This document shows positions 1 through 10,500 of a stretch of DNA of 64,000 nucleotides, one piece after another. Each line of letters opens with the position of its first letter. Position 1 is the stretch's first letter. The stretch comes from an uncultured Chloroflexia bacterium (GTDB lineage: Bacteria; Chloroflexota; Limnocylindria; Limnocylindrales; CSP1-4). Location of the stretch: assembly GCA_963716375.1 (NCBI GenBank), contig OY970306.1:3202441-3266440 (forward strand), in the 5' to 3' direction. The notes below the pieces were generated by a model that was given only the letters and a program-made list of their open reading frames with translations, was not told the origin of the DNA and ran no database searches. The position numbers and the translations under genes are program-made.

Positions 1-78
1 GCTGCGGGCCGTGCAGCGGCCTCGGGCCTCGGCCATGGGCCGTGCAGCGGCCTCGGGCCGTGGGCCAGCCCAGCGCCC

Positions 79-120
79 TTGACGTCGCCGGTGCCGCGAT
101 CTATTTTGGCAACTACCAAA
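79..120 (+). promoter_or_regulatory. Putative sigma70-type promoter with overlapping inverted repeat upstream of the ArsR/SdpR-like gene
   Basis: TTGACG at 79-84, 17-nt spacer, TATTTT at 102-107. Inverted repeat TTTGG (105-109) / CCAAA (116-120) with a 6-nt spacer overlaps the -10. Confidence 0.4.
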
Positions 121-157
121 TTCGTCATTCACCGAAACAAGGCCCGAGCCACTCACC

Positions 158-433
158 GTGAACCGCGTCTATCGTGCCCTCGCCGACCCGACCCGGCGCC
201 GCGTGCTGGCGCTCCTGCGCGAGCGCGACATGACCGCCGGCGAGCTTGCCTCGAAGTTCGACCTGACCTGGCCGACGATGTCCGGCCATTTCGCCGTCCT
301 GCGCGAGGCCGACCTGATCCAGTCCGACAAGGTCGGCACGACGATCCACTACCGCCTGAACGTGAGCGTCCTCGACGAGGCGCTCCTCGCCCTGATGGAT
401 GGGCTCGGGGTCAAGCCGAGGAGGACCGAATGA
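158..433 (+). CDS. ArsR/SdpR-family winged-helix transcriptional repressor
   Basis: GTG start. N-terminus YRALADPTRRRVLALL and HTH-like MTAGELASKFDLTWPTMSGHFAVLREADLI are typical of ArsR/SdpR. Stop overlaps the next start (ATGA). Confidence 0.85.
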   Translation: MNRVYRALADPTRRRVLALLRERDMTAGELASKFDLTWPTMSGHFAVLREADLIQSDKVGTTIHYRLNVSVLDEALLALMDGLGVKPRRTE

Positions 434-1119
434 ACGTCCGTCGCTACGTCCTGATCAGCCTTGGCATGGTGGCGGCGATGTTCCTCGTGGCGGCCTGGGC
501 GTGGCCGCAGCTGCCGCCCGGTGCGCAGATCCCGATCCACTGGGACGCCGCGGGCAATCCCAACGGCTACGCCTCGAAGGAGGTCGGGCTCCTGCTCGTA
601 CCGCTCCTCTCGCTTGGACTCGTCGGGCTGTTCGCGATGATCCCGCGCATCGAGCCGCGCCGCAGCAACCTGTCGCGCTCGAGCCGGGCCTACGGCGTGA
701 CGTGGCTCGCGGTGATCGCCCTGATGCTCTTCATCCAGATCGTGACGACGCTCGTCGTCCTCGGCTACGACCTCTCGATCAGGTCGCTGGCGCTGGGCGG
801 CACGGGCGTGTTGTTCATCGTCATGGGCAACTATCTCGGCAAGGTCCGCAGCAACTTCATGTTCGGTATCCGGACGCCCTGGACGCTGACGAGCGAGCTG
901 TCGTGGAACCGCACGCACCGACTCGGCGGAAAGCTCTTCGTGATCCTGGGGAGCGCCGTCGTGGTCGCAACCCTGCTTGGGCAGCAAGGGCTGGAAGTCG
1001 CGGTGCTGATCATCGGGCTGATCGTGGTGATCGCGACCCTGTTCATCTATTCCTACCGGGTCTGGCGCGACGATCCGGATCGGCGCGACGTCGGCGGCGA
1101 AACGGATCAGTCGGCCTGA
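430..1119 (+). CDS. SdpI-like membrane protein (DUF1648 N-terminal part plus SdpI-type C-terminal part)
   Basis: Internal ATG at 430 of ORF 79..1119. Motifs IPIHWDAAGNPNGYASK and GNYLGKVRSNFMFGIRTPWTLTSELSWNRTHRLGGKLF. Several hydrophobic helices. Confidence 0.8.
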   Translation: MNVRRYVLISLGMVAAMFLVAAWAWPQLPPGAQIPIHWDAAGNPNGYASKEVGLLLVPLLSLGLVGLFAMIPRIEPRRSNLSRSSRAYGVTWLAVIALMLFIQIVTTLVVLGYDLSIRSLALGGTGVLFIVMGNYLGKVRSNFMFGIRTPWTLTSELSWNRTHRLGGKLFVILGSAVVVATLLGQQGLEVAVLIIGLIVVIATLFIYSYRVWRDDPDRRDVGGETDQSA

Positions 1120-1149
1120 CGGCGAGGACGCCTGCGCGGCGCGGGGCGT

Positions 1150-1375
1150 CGGTTCGAGATTGGAGAGCGGCGAGGAACCAGGGTCGGCAGCTCCAGCGCG
1201 GCCGCTCGGCTCCGGTCGGCGCGGCGGCAGCTCGGGTCGGCGCGGCCGGGCGGCTCCAAGCGGCCAGCGGCTCTCGTCGGCGGCCGCGCGCGACCGGGGC
1301 GGTCGGCCGGCGGCTCCGGTCGGCTCGGCCGGGTGGCTCCAACCCGGCCCTCCTCGGGGCCCGGATGGCTCCTGG
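1150..1375. repeat. Degenerate GC-rich repeat tract built on GGCTCC / GGTCGGC-containing units
   Basis: Recurring cggctccggtcggc, cagctcgggtcggc, cggctccaagcggc, cggctctcgtcggc, tggctccaaccc and tggctcctgg in a 440 bp convergent intergenic region. Confidence 0.4.
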
Positions 1376-1562
1376 ATTCTCAACCATTCATGGGCGGACT
1401 CATCGTGACGCCCGGGAGCGAACCGGCCGAACGTCGACGCTCAACTGAGCCGCGGGGCGACTCACCGCGATCCGGCAGTTCGTGCCGGCCCCACGTGAAC
1501 CGCGGGGTGACTCATCTGAGGTCTGCCGGACGGGCGCGAGGTCGCGGCTCCGCTCACGGCAG

Positions 1563-3064
1563 TCACGTTGAGTCCGGGGTTGGTTCGTTGAGACCGGACC
1601 GGTCGATCGCGGCCGGCCGGTAGCCGAGCTCCGCGAGGATCTCGGCCGTGTGCTCGCCGAGCGTCGGCGGCGGACGCTGGATCGGGGTTGTGGCGCCATC
1701 GAGCTTCAGCGCCGGGCCGACCTGGCGGATCGTGCCGAGGACCGGGTGGTCGATCGCGACGTCCATTCCGCGTGCCCGCGACTGGGGCGATTCGATCGCG
1801 CCGAGAACGTCGTTAACAGGCCCGGCCGGCACATCCGCAGCATCGAAGCGCCGCCGAGCCAGGAGGCGGCCGTGCCGCCGCGGAGCTTCGCGGCGATCAA
1901 CGCCCGGAGCGCATCGCGATTCGCGACGCGGTCGGCGTTCGTCGCGAATCGCTCGTCCGTCGTGAGACCCGCGAGTCCGATGGCCTCGCAGAACCGCGGC
2001 CACTGGCGCTCGCTGCCGACGGCCACGACGATCGGGCGATCAGCCGTGTCGAACAACTCGTACGGGACGATGTTCGGATGCGCGTTCCCGCGACGTCCGG
2101 GTGACACGCCCGAGACGAACGCGTTCTGTGCCTGGTTGATGAGCATCGCGAGCGTCGACTCGAGCAACGACACGTCGACGCGCGTGGCGGGGGTGGGCCG
2201 TCGGTCGGCCTCGGCCGGGGCCGCGCCACTCCCGGCCGGGGCCGCGCCGCTCGCCGCCGGGGCGCCGCTCGCCGCCTCGGCCGCGTCGCTGCTCGCCGCC
2301 GCGCCGCTCCGCGCCGCCAGGCCGCGTCGCCCCGCGAGTGCCGCCAGCACGCCGATCGCCCCGAACAACCCGGTGACCACGTCGCTGACCGCGACGCCGA
2401 CCTTCGTCGGCTCTCCTCCGGCGGCATCGGCTGCGCCCGTGATCGACATCAGCCCGCCGACCGCCTGCGCCACGAAGTCGTAGCCCGGTTTGGACGCCTC
2501 GGGCCCGGTGACGCCATAGCCGGAGATCGCCAGGTGGACGAGACCCGGCCGGAGGCGCTGGAGCTCGTCGTCGCCGAACCCGAGCCGCTCGAGCGCCCCG
2601 AACCGAAAGTTCTCGACGAACGCGTCGGCCCCGGCCAGCAGCCGCCGCAGCACCTCGGCGCCGTCGCGCGTCCGGAGATCCAGCACGATCGAGCGCTTGT
2701 TGCGGTTGATCGAAAGGTAGTAGGCCGCGGTCCGATTGGGGCCATCGCCGACCCACGGCGGCCCCCAGCCCCGCGTGGCGTCGCCATCGGGTGGCTCGAC
2801 CTTGATGACGTCAGCGCCGAGATCGGCGAGCACCATCGTCGCGTACGGGCCGGCCAGCACGGTCGCGCACTCGATGACGCGAACGCCGGCCAGCGGTTGA
2901 TCGGACAGCGGCTCGCTCGGCACGAGCCCATCGTACGAGTCGGCAGGGTCCGGCGAATTGCCGCCGGCGGACGACGATCTGGCGCGGACCTGGGCGTCGG
3001 TTCTTCGACGGGTCGTGCCACCGAACGTCGGCCCTGCTTCCAGCGCGGCCGCGCTGGAGGCCAC
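1563..3064 (-). pseudogene. Family III (CaiB/BaiF-type) CoA-transferase, reading frame broken near 1855 (frameshift or sequencing indel)
   Basis: ORF 1706..3064 carries LAGVRVIECATVLAGPYATMVLADLGADVIKVEPP, VSDVVTG and VDVSLLES. The expected C-terminus (DAADVPAGPVNDVLGAIESPQ...TLGEHTAEILAELGY) continues in ORF 1563..2003 in another frame. Confidence 0.75.
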
Positions 3065-3370
3065 TCACCAACGTTCCCGCCGCTCCGCAGTGGCGAACCG
3101 ACGTACCGTAACCGCGCCGCACCGTCTTCTTCGACCAGCGGTGGGTCCGTTGTGCCACGTTCCCGCCGCTTACGCACCTGGTGCGTGATCCGCGAATGCG
3201 ACTCGCCGAGTACGCAACCAGCGCCGGCTCCGGCAGGTGAATAGCCGCGACGGGTCGAGCTCCGTGCGGCACGAGCCGCCGGGCCCGTGTTGGCCACCTG
3301 CCTAAGACGCACCAGGTGCGGATCCGGCGAGTCGAAGGCCCGCCCGAAGGCGCGACGACCTGCCTGGCCG

Positions 3371-3862
3371 TCAGCCGCCCGGGGCCGCCTCCGCCTCCGG
3401 CTGCGACACGTCGGCCACCTGGGCGTCGAGCGCCGCGAACAGGTCCGCAGCTGACAGGTGAAGGTTCACGCCCCGCGCGCCGCCGCCGATCGAGACGACG
3501 TCGCGACCGGCGAGCGACGCATCGGCGATGACCGGCCAGGCACGGCTCGCCCCGAACGGCGTGATCGTGTAGCGCTCGTAGCCGGTCGCGTCGCGGGCCT
3601 CGTCGGCATCCGGCAGCGAGAGCCGGCTGACGCCGAGCAGGGCCCGCAGCTTCGGCCAATCGAATCGGCGGCCGGCCGGGATGAGCACGAACACGTAGTC
3701 GTCCTCGCCTCGCCGCACGACGATCGTCCGGATCAGGGCCCCGAGCTCGATGCCCTGGAGTTGGGCGGCTTCCTCGGCGCTCCCGGCCGCCTCCGTGTGG
3801 ACGACCCGGTGCGGCACGCCCGCCGCCGCGATGGCGCGAATCGCCGGGGTGTCGTCCGTCAC
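3371..3862 (-). CDS. ybaK: YbaK/EbsC-family aminoacyl-tRNA deacylase (Cys-tRNA(Pro) deacylase-like)
   Basis: 163 aa with family-like LIRTIVVRRGEDDYVFVLIPAGRRFDWPKLRALLG...TGYERYTITPFG...VSIGGGARGVNL. GTG start overlaps the upstream stop (GTGA). Confidence 0.8.
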   Translation of the reverse strand: MTDDTPAIRAIAAAGVPHRVVHTEAAGSAEEAAQLQGIELGALIRTIVVRRGEDDYVFVLIPAGRRFDWPKLRALLGVSRLSLPDADEARDATGYERYTITPFGASRAWPVIADASLAGRDVVSIGGGARGVNLHLSAADLFAALDAQVADVSQPEAEAAPGG

Positions 3863-6800
3863 GCAGGCTCCGGCGACGCGTCGGCCGGCGCGACCGTCGC
3901 GCCCGCCGGTGCGGCGGTCGCGTTTGTTGTGCTCGACGCCGCGGCCGTCGCGCTCATCGCGCTCGTGACCCGGCCAGCCGGCCGCGCCGCCGTCGCCCGC
4001 TCCGCGACGAGCCGGTCGAGTTGCGCCAGGAACGGGGGCGAGGGGATGCGCTCGAGCAGGGTCCGCGCCTCGCGCTCCGCAACCAAGGCGAGCGGCTCCC
4101 CTTCAGGCGCCGTCGCCACGATGCTCATCCAGGCGAGTGCCAGATCGAAGTCGAGGCGCTGATCGCCCATCCAGCGGATGACGTCGGCGAACGAGGCTGC
4201 GGCTTCGGGCCAATGACCCTCGAGCGCGGCGAGCCCCGCACGCGCGCCCTGGACCTGGGCGTCGAGCGTCGGACCACGGGTCCCGGTTGCCGCGAGACGG
4301 TCGAGCGCCACCTTGACCCGCTCCGGGTCGCGCGCCAGGACGTTCAGCCGGGCCGCGAACGAAAGGACGATCGGCGCATTGCCGGTGCTGATGGCGGCCG
4401 CATGCAGGGCCTGATCGAAGGCATCGCGGTAGCCGCCAAGGAACGCGGCGACCCACACCCGGGCGACAGCCAGCGTGATGGTCTGGCCGATTTCACCCTC
4501 GGCGACGATGCGCTCCAGCTCCTCGAGCTCCGCCTGGTACTCCCGACCGATCAGCCCGTAGACGGTGACCGCCTGGCCGAGCATCGCGCCGCGTGTGCTG
4601 GGATCGAGTTCGCCGGCCAGCAGCTCATCGATCGTGTCAAGGGTCCACGAGAAGTCGCCGGTCGGGATCGCCGCCTCCGCCGAGTTGCCGGTCAGCAGCG
4701 TGAGGATGTGTCGCAGGCCGACCCGGCGACAGGTCTCGGCAGCCTTCCGCCCCACCTCGACGGCCGCCCGGGGATCGACGAGGGGCAGGGTGGCCGTCAG
4801 ATTGACCTCGGCACGGAGCGCGGTGAGGGTCTGGCCGATCGACAACGCGAGACGCTCCGAGGCTTCCAGCAAGCCGATCCCTTCGCGCATCCGGCCGACG
4901 CTCGCGAGCGATTGACCCTTCGTCGAGAGGAGCGCCGCGATCTCCGGCAGGAGACCCAGCCGCTCGGCGTCGACGAGCGCCCTGTCGCAGGAGGCGATGG
5001 CCTCGCTCATCTGCTCGTTGAACATCTGGCCACGGGCGATCTCGCTGTTCAGGCGCACGAGGAGCGCGCGGTCGCCCAGCTCGGCGGCGACGCCCGTCGC
5101 ACCCTCCAGCACGTCGAGCGCGGCCGCCGGGTCGTAGCGCGTGTTCATCGAGAAGCCAAGGACGGTCGTCACCCGAACGATGCCTGCCCGGTCGCCGACC
5201 GACCGATAGGTGTCGATGGCCAGCCGCAGCGTTGCCTCGGCATCGCGGAACCGGCCCGCCAGGATCTCCTCCGAGCCGATCTTCTCGAGGAGCTCTCCCG
5301 CATCCGTCCCGTCCGACGTCACGTCCAGCGCGCGCTTCAGGTACGCCACCGACTGCTCGTGCGAGCCCAGGGCCGACGCCCGATCGGCGGCGGCTCGCAG
5401 CGCGATCCGGGCCTGCCTTGCGACCGAATCGGCCTCGGGGCCTTCGGGCGAGGCCAGGTAGGCGTCGACGTAATGCGTCGCCAGCACGCCGACCTCTTCG
5501 TCGCCAAGAGATTCGAAGTACCGTGCCGCCGCGAGGTGCCGGGCTCGCCGCTCCTTCTTCGACAGCGTCGCGTAGGCGACCTCGCGGATCAGCGCCTGGG
5601 TGAACCCCCACTGGCCACGCTCCGGTGAACGCGGATCCGTGTCGAGGGCGAGGATCTCGCGCCGGCCCAGTGAGCGCAGCCGGGCCTCGAGATTGTCCGT
5701 GGTGGCGCCACTGAGCGCGGCCAACGCCGGCAGCGGGAACGTCTGGCCAAGCACGGCCCCGTCCTGGAGCAGCGAGCGATCGGCTGCGTCCAGCGCGTCC
5801 AGACGGGCGGCGATCAGGGCATGCAGCGACTCCGGAACCGCGAGCGACGTCAGGTCGGCGGTGGGCCGGTAGGTGTCCTCGACGCGTTCCAGCCGGCCCT
5901 CGGCGACGAGCATTCGGACGGTCTCGACGGCATAGAGCGGGATCCCGTCGGCACGCTCCAGGATCGCCTTCACGGCCGGCTCGGGCAGGCCCGGGACGAG
6001 GCCCGCCAGCAGCACGCGCATCGCCGACTCCTGCAACGGCTGCAACGCGAGAGCCACGAAGTTGCGCCGGCCCGCGCCCCAGTCGGGCCGCCGCTCGAGC
6101 AGCTCCGGGCGGGCCAGCGTGACGACATAGATCGGGTAGCCCGCCGACCATTCGAGCAGGTGATCGATGAAATCGAGCAGGCCCTGGTCGGCCCATTGCA
6201 GATCCTCGAAGACGAGGGCCGTCGTCGCGACGCTGGCGATCCGTTCGAAGAACGTGCGCCACGCGGCGAAGAGCTCGTCCCGACCGCCGGCCGGCGCGTC
6301 GCCGAAACCGAGCAGGAACAGCAATGCCGGCTCGACGGCGCGCCGTTCGGCTTCGTCCGCGACGAATTCCTCCAGCGTGGCGCGGATCCCCGCCCGGGTC
6401 GTGGCCTCGTCGTCGTTCTCCGCAAGGCCGGCCCGCCGCCGGACCATCTCGCCGAGCGCCCAGAAGGTGATGCCCTCGCCATAGGCCGGACTTCGACCCT
6501 GGTGCCAGTAGACGGTCTCGAGCAGGCCGTCGACGTACTTCAGGAACTCCCAGGCGAGGCGGCTCTTGCCGATGCCGCCCTGGCCCGTGACGGAGATGAG
6601 GCGCGCCCGCCGCTCGCGCGAGGTCGCGTGGAAGAAGTCCTTGAGCAGGCGGATCTCGTCGTCGCGGCCGACGAACGGCGCCTCGAGGCCTTCGGAGCGA
6701 CCCTGGCCGCCACGCTTGGCGACGACCCGCAGCGCCCGCCACGCGGGAACCGGGGTGGCCTTGCCGCGGAGAACCTGCTCGCCGGCTTCCTCGTAGGCGA

Positions 6801-7545
6801 TGGCGAGGCTGGTCGCCCGATGGGTCGCCTCGCCGACGAGGACCGAGCCGGGCGGGGCGGCCGACTGGAGACGGCTCGCGGTGTTGACGAGGTCGCCCGC
6901 CACCATGCCCTGGTTCGTGGCGCCGATCGTGACCGCCGCCTCGCCCGTCAGCACGGCCGCCCGGGCTTCCAGGCCACGGCCGTCGGCGCCCGCATCCAGG
7001 CCGCGCACGGCTTCCACGAGATCGAGCGCCGTCCGGACCGCGCGCTCCGCGTCGTCCTCCTGGGCGACGGGCGTGCCCCAGACGGCCATCACGGCGTCGC
7101 CGATGAACTTCTCGATCGTGCCGCCGTAGCGCTCGACGAGGTCACGGGCCGTGTCGAAGTAGCGCGTCAGCAGGTCCCGCACGGCCTCCGAATCGCGGTC
7201 GGCGGCGAGGCTCGTGAACCCGACGAGGTCGGCGAACAGGACCGAGACGACGCGCCGCTCGGTTTCGACGGCGGGCCGGGATACGGCGATCGGGCCGGCC
7301 GGGCCGGAAGCGGCGCCGGTTCGCAGCGCGCCGCTCCCGCCACCGATCGGGGCGCCCGCACCGGCGGCCTGCGCCGTCGGCGTCGTCGTCGCCCCGCCGA
7401 GCTTCGTGCCGCAGTCGTTGCAGAACCGCGCGCTCGGCGGATTCGTGGCCCCGCAGCTCGGGCACGCCGAGGCGAGGCGCGTCCCGCATTCGAGGCAGAA
7501 CTTCGCCCCCGCCATGTTGTCGGTGCCGCAGCTGGGACAGGTCAC
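3859..7545 (-). CDS. Double zinc-ribbon / class III nucleotidyl cyclase / AAA (STAND-like) ATPase / TPR-like repeat protein, paralog 1
   Basis: N-terminus CPSCG..CLECG and CPSCG..CNDCG. Cyclase motifs FADLVGFT, KFIGDAVMAVWG, GDLVNTASRLQS. Walker A GQGGIGKS and LVFEDLQWAD. Long helical C-terminus with no HTH. Confidence 0.9.
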   Translation of the reverse strand: MTCPSCGTDNMAGAKFCLECGTRLASACPSCGATNPPSARFCNDCGTKLGGATTTPTAQAAGAGAPIGGGSGALRTGAASGPAGPIAVSRPAVETERRVVSVLFADLVGFTSLAADRDSEAVRDLLTRYFDTARDLVERYGGTIEKFIGDAVMAVWGTPVAQEDDAERAVRTALDLVEAVRGLDAGADGRGLEARAAVLTGEAAVTIGATNQGMVAGDLVNTASRLQSAAPPGSVLVGEATHRATSLAIAYEEAGEQVLRGKATPVPAWRALRVVAKRGGQGRSEGLEAPFVGRDDEIRLLKDFFHATSRERRARLISVTGQGGIGKSRLAWEFLKYVDGLLETVYWHQGRSPAYGEGITFWALGEMVRRRAGLAENDDEATTRAGIRATLEEFVADEAERRAVEPALLFLLGFGDAPAGGRDELFAAWRTFFERIASVATTALVFEDLQWADQGLLDFIDHLLEWSAGYPIYVVTLARPELLERRPDWGAGRRNFVALALQPLQESAMRVLLAGLVPGLPEPAVKAILERADGIPLYAVETVRMLVAEGRLERVEDTYRPTADLTSLAVPESLHALIAARLDALDAADRSLLQDGAVLGQTFPLPALAALSGATTDNLEARLRSLGRREILALDTDPRSPERGQWGFTQALIREVAYATLSKKERRARHLAAARYFESLGDEEVGVLATHYVDAYLASPEGPEADSVARQARIALRAAADRASALGSHEQSVAYLKRALDVTSDGTDAGELLEKIGSEEILAGRFRDAEATLRLAIDTYRSVGDRAGIVRVTTVLGFSMNTRYDPAAALDVLEGATGVAAELGDRALLVRLNSEIARGQMFNEQMSEAIASCDRALVDAERLGLLPEIAALLSTKGQSLASVGRMREGIGLLEASERLALSIGQTLTALRAEVNLTATLPLVDPRAAVEVGRKAAETCRRVGLRHILTLLTGNSAEAAIPTGDFSWTLDTIDELLAGELDPSTRGAMLGQAVTVYGLIGREYQAELEELERIVAEGEIGQTITLAVARVWVAAFLGGYRDAFDQALHAAAISTGNAPIVLSFAARLNVLARDPERVKVALDRLAATGTRGPTLDAQVQGARAGLAALEGHWPEAAASFADVIRWMGDQRLDFDLALAWMSIVATAPEGEPLALVAEREARTLLERIPSPPFLAQLDRLVAERATAARPAGRVTSAMSATAAASSTTNATAAPAGATVAPADASPEPA

Positions 7546-10500
7546 GGTGCTGCCTCATGGGAGCCGTGGGTCCCGACCGTCGGCCGCGCGTCACCGGCAG
7601 CGCCCGGATCCCGAGACGGCCGCCGCGCGCCCCCGACCGGCGCGCCGGTCGTCACCCGGCCGGCATCCAGCCGGGCCAGGAACGGCGTCGCCCCGACGCT
7701 CGTGAGGAAGTCCGACGATTCGGTCGCGGCGGCGTCGATCTCGGCCTCCCCGACCCCCAGCACCGTCGCCGCGTCGATCGCCGCCAGTGCGAAGTCGAAT
7801 CGGCAGCCGAGCTCCCGCCAGCCGCGGAATGCATCGCGGTACAGCGCAACGGCCTCAGAGGTTCGCCCTTCGAGGCCGGCGATCGCCGCCCGCATGGTGA
7901 TCCGTTCGAGCTCGAGCGCCGGGCCGTGCTGCGCGCTCGCAACGTGGCGCTCCAGCGAGCTCCGCACCCGGCTGACGTCGCCGGCCCAGGTTGCCGCGCG
8001 ACCCGCCCAGGCGATCGGGGCGGGCCCATTGACCCAGCTCGACGAGGCCGCCTCGATCGAGAGGTCGAACGCCCGGCTGAGGTCGCCGTTCATCAGCGCC
8101 ACGGACGCCTGCGCGCGGCGCAGGTCCGCCCGGTTCTGGGGGTCCGTCTCGTCGATGAGCAGCGATTCCAGCTCCGCCAGCATCTCGGCGACGTCGCCTC
8201 CCCGGTACGCGCGAATCACCACGACGGTCTGGTAGATGATCGCGAGGTCGGCCGGTTCGCGATCGCTCGTCAGGAGCGCCTCGAGCTCGCCCTGGGCCCA
8301 GTCCCAGTCGCCGAGCCGGATCGCGGCAAGCGCCGCGTTGGAGAGGAGGATGATCCCCTCCGAGCGACGGCCGAAGCGCCGCGCCACCTCCAGGCCGGGC
8401 TGCGAGGCGGCGACGGCGACCCGCGGATCGCGCCACCAGAACGTGCCCCCGAGATTGATCCGGGCCCGGATGATTGTGCCGACGAACCCGCGCGACTCGG
8501 CCAGCCGCAGGGCCGCCTCGAGGGCGCCGGCGCCTTCGTAGACGCGGCCGCTCAGGGCGTGACCCATGCCGCGGGTCACCAGCGTGTCGGCGATGATCGG
8601 CAGCAGGTCGAGCCGTTCCGCCGCGCCGAGGACCCCCTCCGCGATCGCCTGCGCCCGGACGAAATCCTCGACGTAGTAGGCCGCACGGGCCAGCTGGCCG
8701 TTCAGCGCCACCAGGTTCGGATCGTCCACGAGGTCCGCAAACTCCGCGGCGGCCGGCTCCAGGGTGTCGATGGCGGCCTGGCTCTCATACCCCTGCAGCA
8801 GGCTGCTCCCGAGCGCGGCCGTGGCGCGGGCCGTGGCTGATCGATCGCCCCGCTGGCGGTGGGTCTCGATGGCCCGCCTGAGGAAGGCCGTGGCCTCCTC
8901 GTGGCGGCCGGCCGCCGACGCCGACGCCCCGGCCCGCTCCAGGAGCTCGCCCATCTCGGCCTGGTCGGTCGTCACCGTCAGCGCCTGCCGCAGGTACGCG
9001 ATGGCCTGGTCGTGGGAGCCGAGGCCGGCCGCACGTTCGGCGGCGCCCTTCAGCGCGAGGCGGGCCTGGACGGCCACGGCGTCCGCCTCGGGGCCCTCGG
9101 GGCTCGCTTCGTACGCGGCGAGGTAGTGCGTCGCGAGGACGCCGGCCAGCTCGTCGTCGCCGATGCCCTCGAAGTAGCGCGCGGCCGCGAGGTGTCGCGC
9201 CCGCCGATCGCGCTTCGCCAGCGTCGAGTACGCGACTTCGCGGATCAGCGCCTGGTTGAAGCCGTACTGGCCGCGCTCCGGTGAGCGCGGATCCGTGTCG
9301 AGTGCCAGGACCTCGCGCCGCGAGAGGTCGCGCAGGCGAGGCTCGACCGCGTCGGCAGGCTGCCCGCTGACCGCGGCGACCGCCGCCAGCGCGAATGTCT
9401 GGCCGAGCACCGAGGCGTCCTGCAGCAGGGCCCGATCCGCCGGTTCGAGCGCATCGAGGCGTGCGGCCACCAATGCCTGCAGGCTCTCCGGGACCTTCAG
9501 CTCCGAGAGGTCGCCCAGCGGCCGGTAGGCACCGTCCGCAAGTTCGAGGCGGCCTTCCTCCACGAGCATCCGGATCGTCTCGACCGCGTACAGGGGAATC
9601 CCGCCCGCGCGCGCGAGGATCGTCTGGCTCGCCTGCTCCGGCAGACCGGGCACGAGCCCGGCGAGGAGCTGTCGCATCGCCAGCTCGCTGAGCGGCTCGA
9701 GCGACAGCGCGATGAAATTGCGCCGGCCGGCTCCCCAGCCCGGCCGCCGGTCCAGGAGCTCCGGGCGCGACAGGGTGACGACGAGGATCGGGAAGTTCTT
9801 CGACCAGTCGAGCAGGTGGTCGATGAAGTCGAGGAGCCCGCTGTCCGCCCAGTGCAGGTCCTCGAACACGAGGACGGTCGGTTCGGTCGTGGCGATCCAT
9901 TCGAAGAGCGTCCGCCAGGCGGCGAACAGCTCCTCACGACCGCCCGCCGGGGCGCCGCCGATGCCAAGGAGAAACAGCAGCGATGGCTCGATCCAGCGGC
10001 GCTCCGCCTCGTCGGGCACGAATTCGGCCAGAGTCGCCGCGATCCGGAGCCGTGTCGTCGTCTCGTCGTCGTTTTCCACGAGCTCTGCGCGGCGGCGGAT
10101 CATCTCGCCGAGAGCCCAGAAGGTGATGCCCTCGCCGTAGGCCGGCGAGCGGCCCTGGTGCCAGCGGACGGTCTCGAGCAGGCCGTCCGAGTACTTCGAG
10201 AACTCCCACGCGAGGCGGCTCTTGCCGATGCCGGCCTGGCCCGTGATCGAGACCAGGCGCGACTTCCGTTCCCGGGCCGTGGCGTGATACGCGTCCTTCA
10301 GGTAGCGCAGCTCGTCGTCGCGGCCCACGAACGGGGCCTCCACGCCCTCCGTGCGGTTGCGCCCGCCACGTTCCGCGACGACCCGCAGGGCCCGCCAGGC
10401 GGGGACCGGCGCGGTCTTGCCTTTCAGGATCTGCGCGCCGGCCGGCTCGAAGAGGATGGCCCGGTTCGCCGCCCGTTCCGTGGCCTCGCCGACGAGGACG

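Noticed and set aside
349-1383. Long ORFs antisense to or overlapping well-supported genes. Examples: 349..1383(-), 5821..8235(+), 13594..15531(-), 22399..24246(-), 47329..49557(+), 12430..13830(+), 4637..6742(-).
   Set aside because: Their translations are Arg/Pro/Gly/Ala-rich with no motifs. They lie opposite, or out of frame with, genes that have clear family signatures. This is the expected pattern of stop-free shadow frames in very GC-rich DNA.
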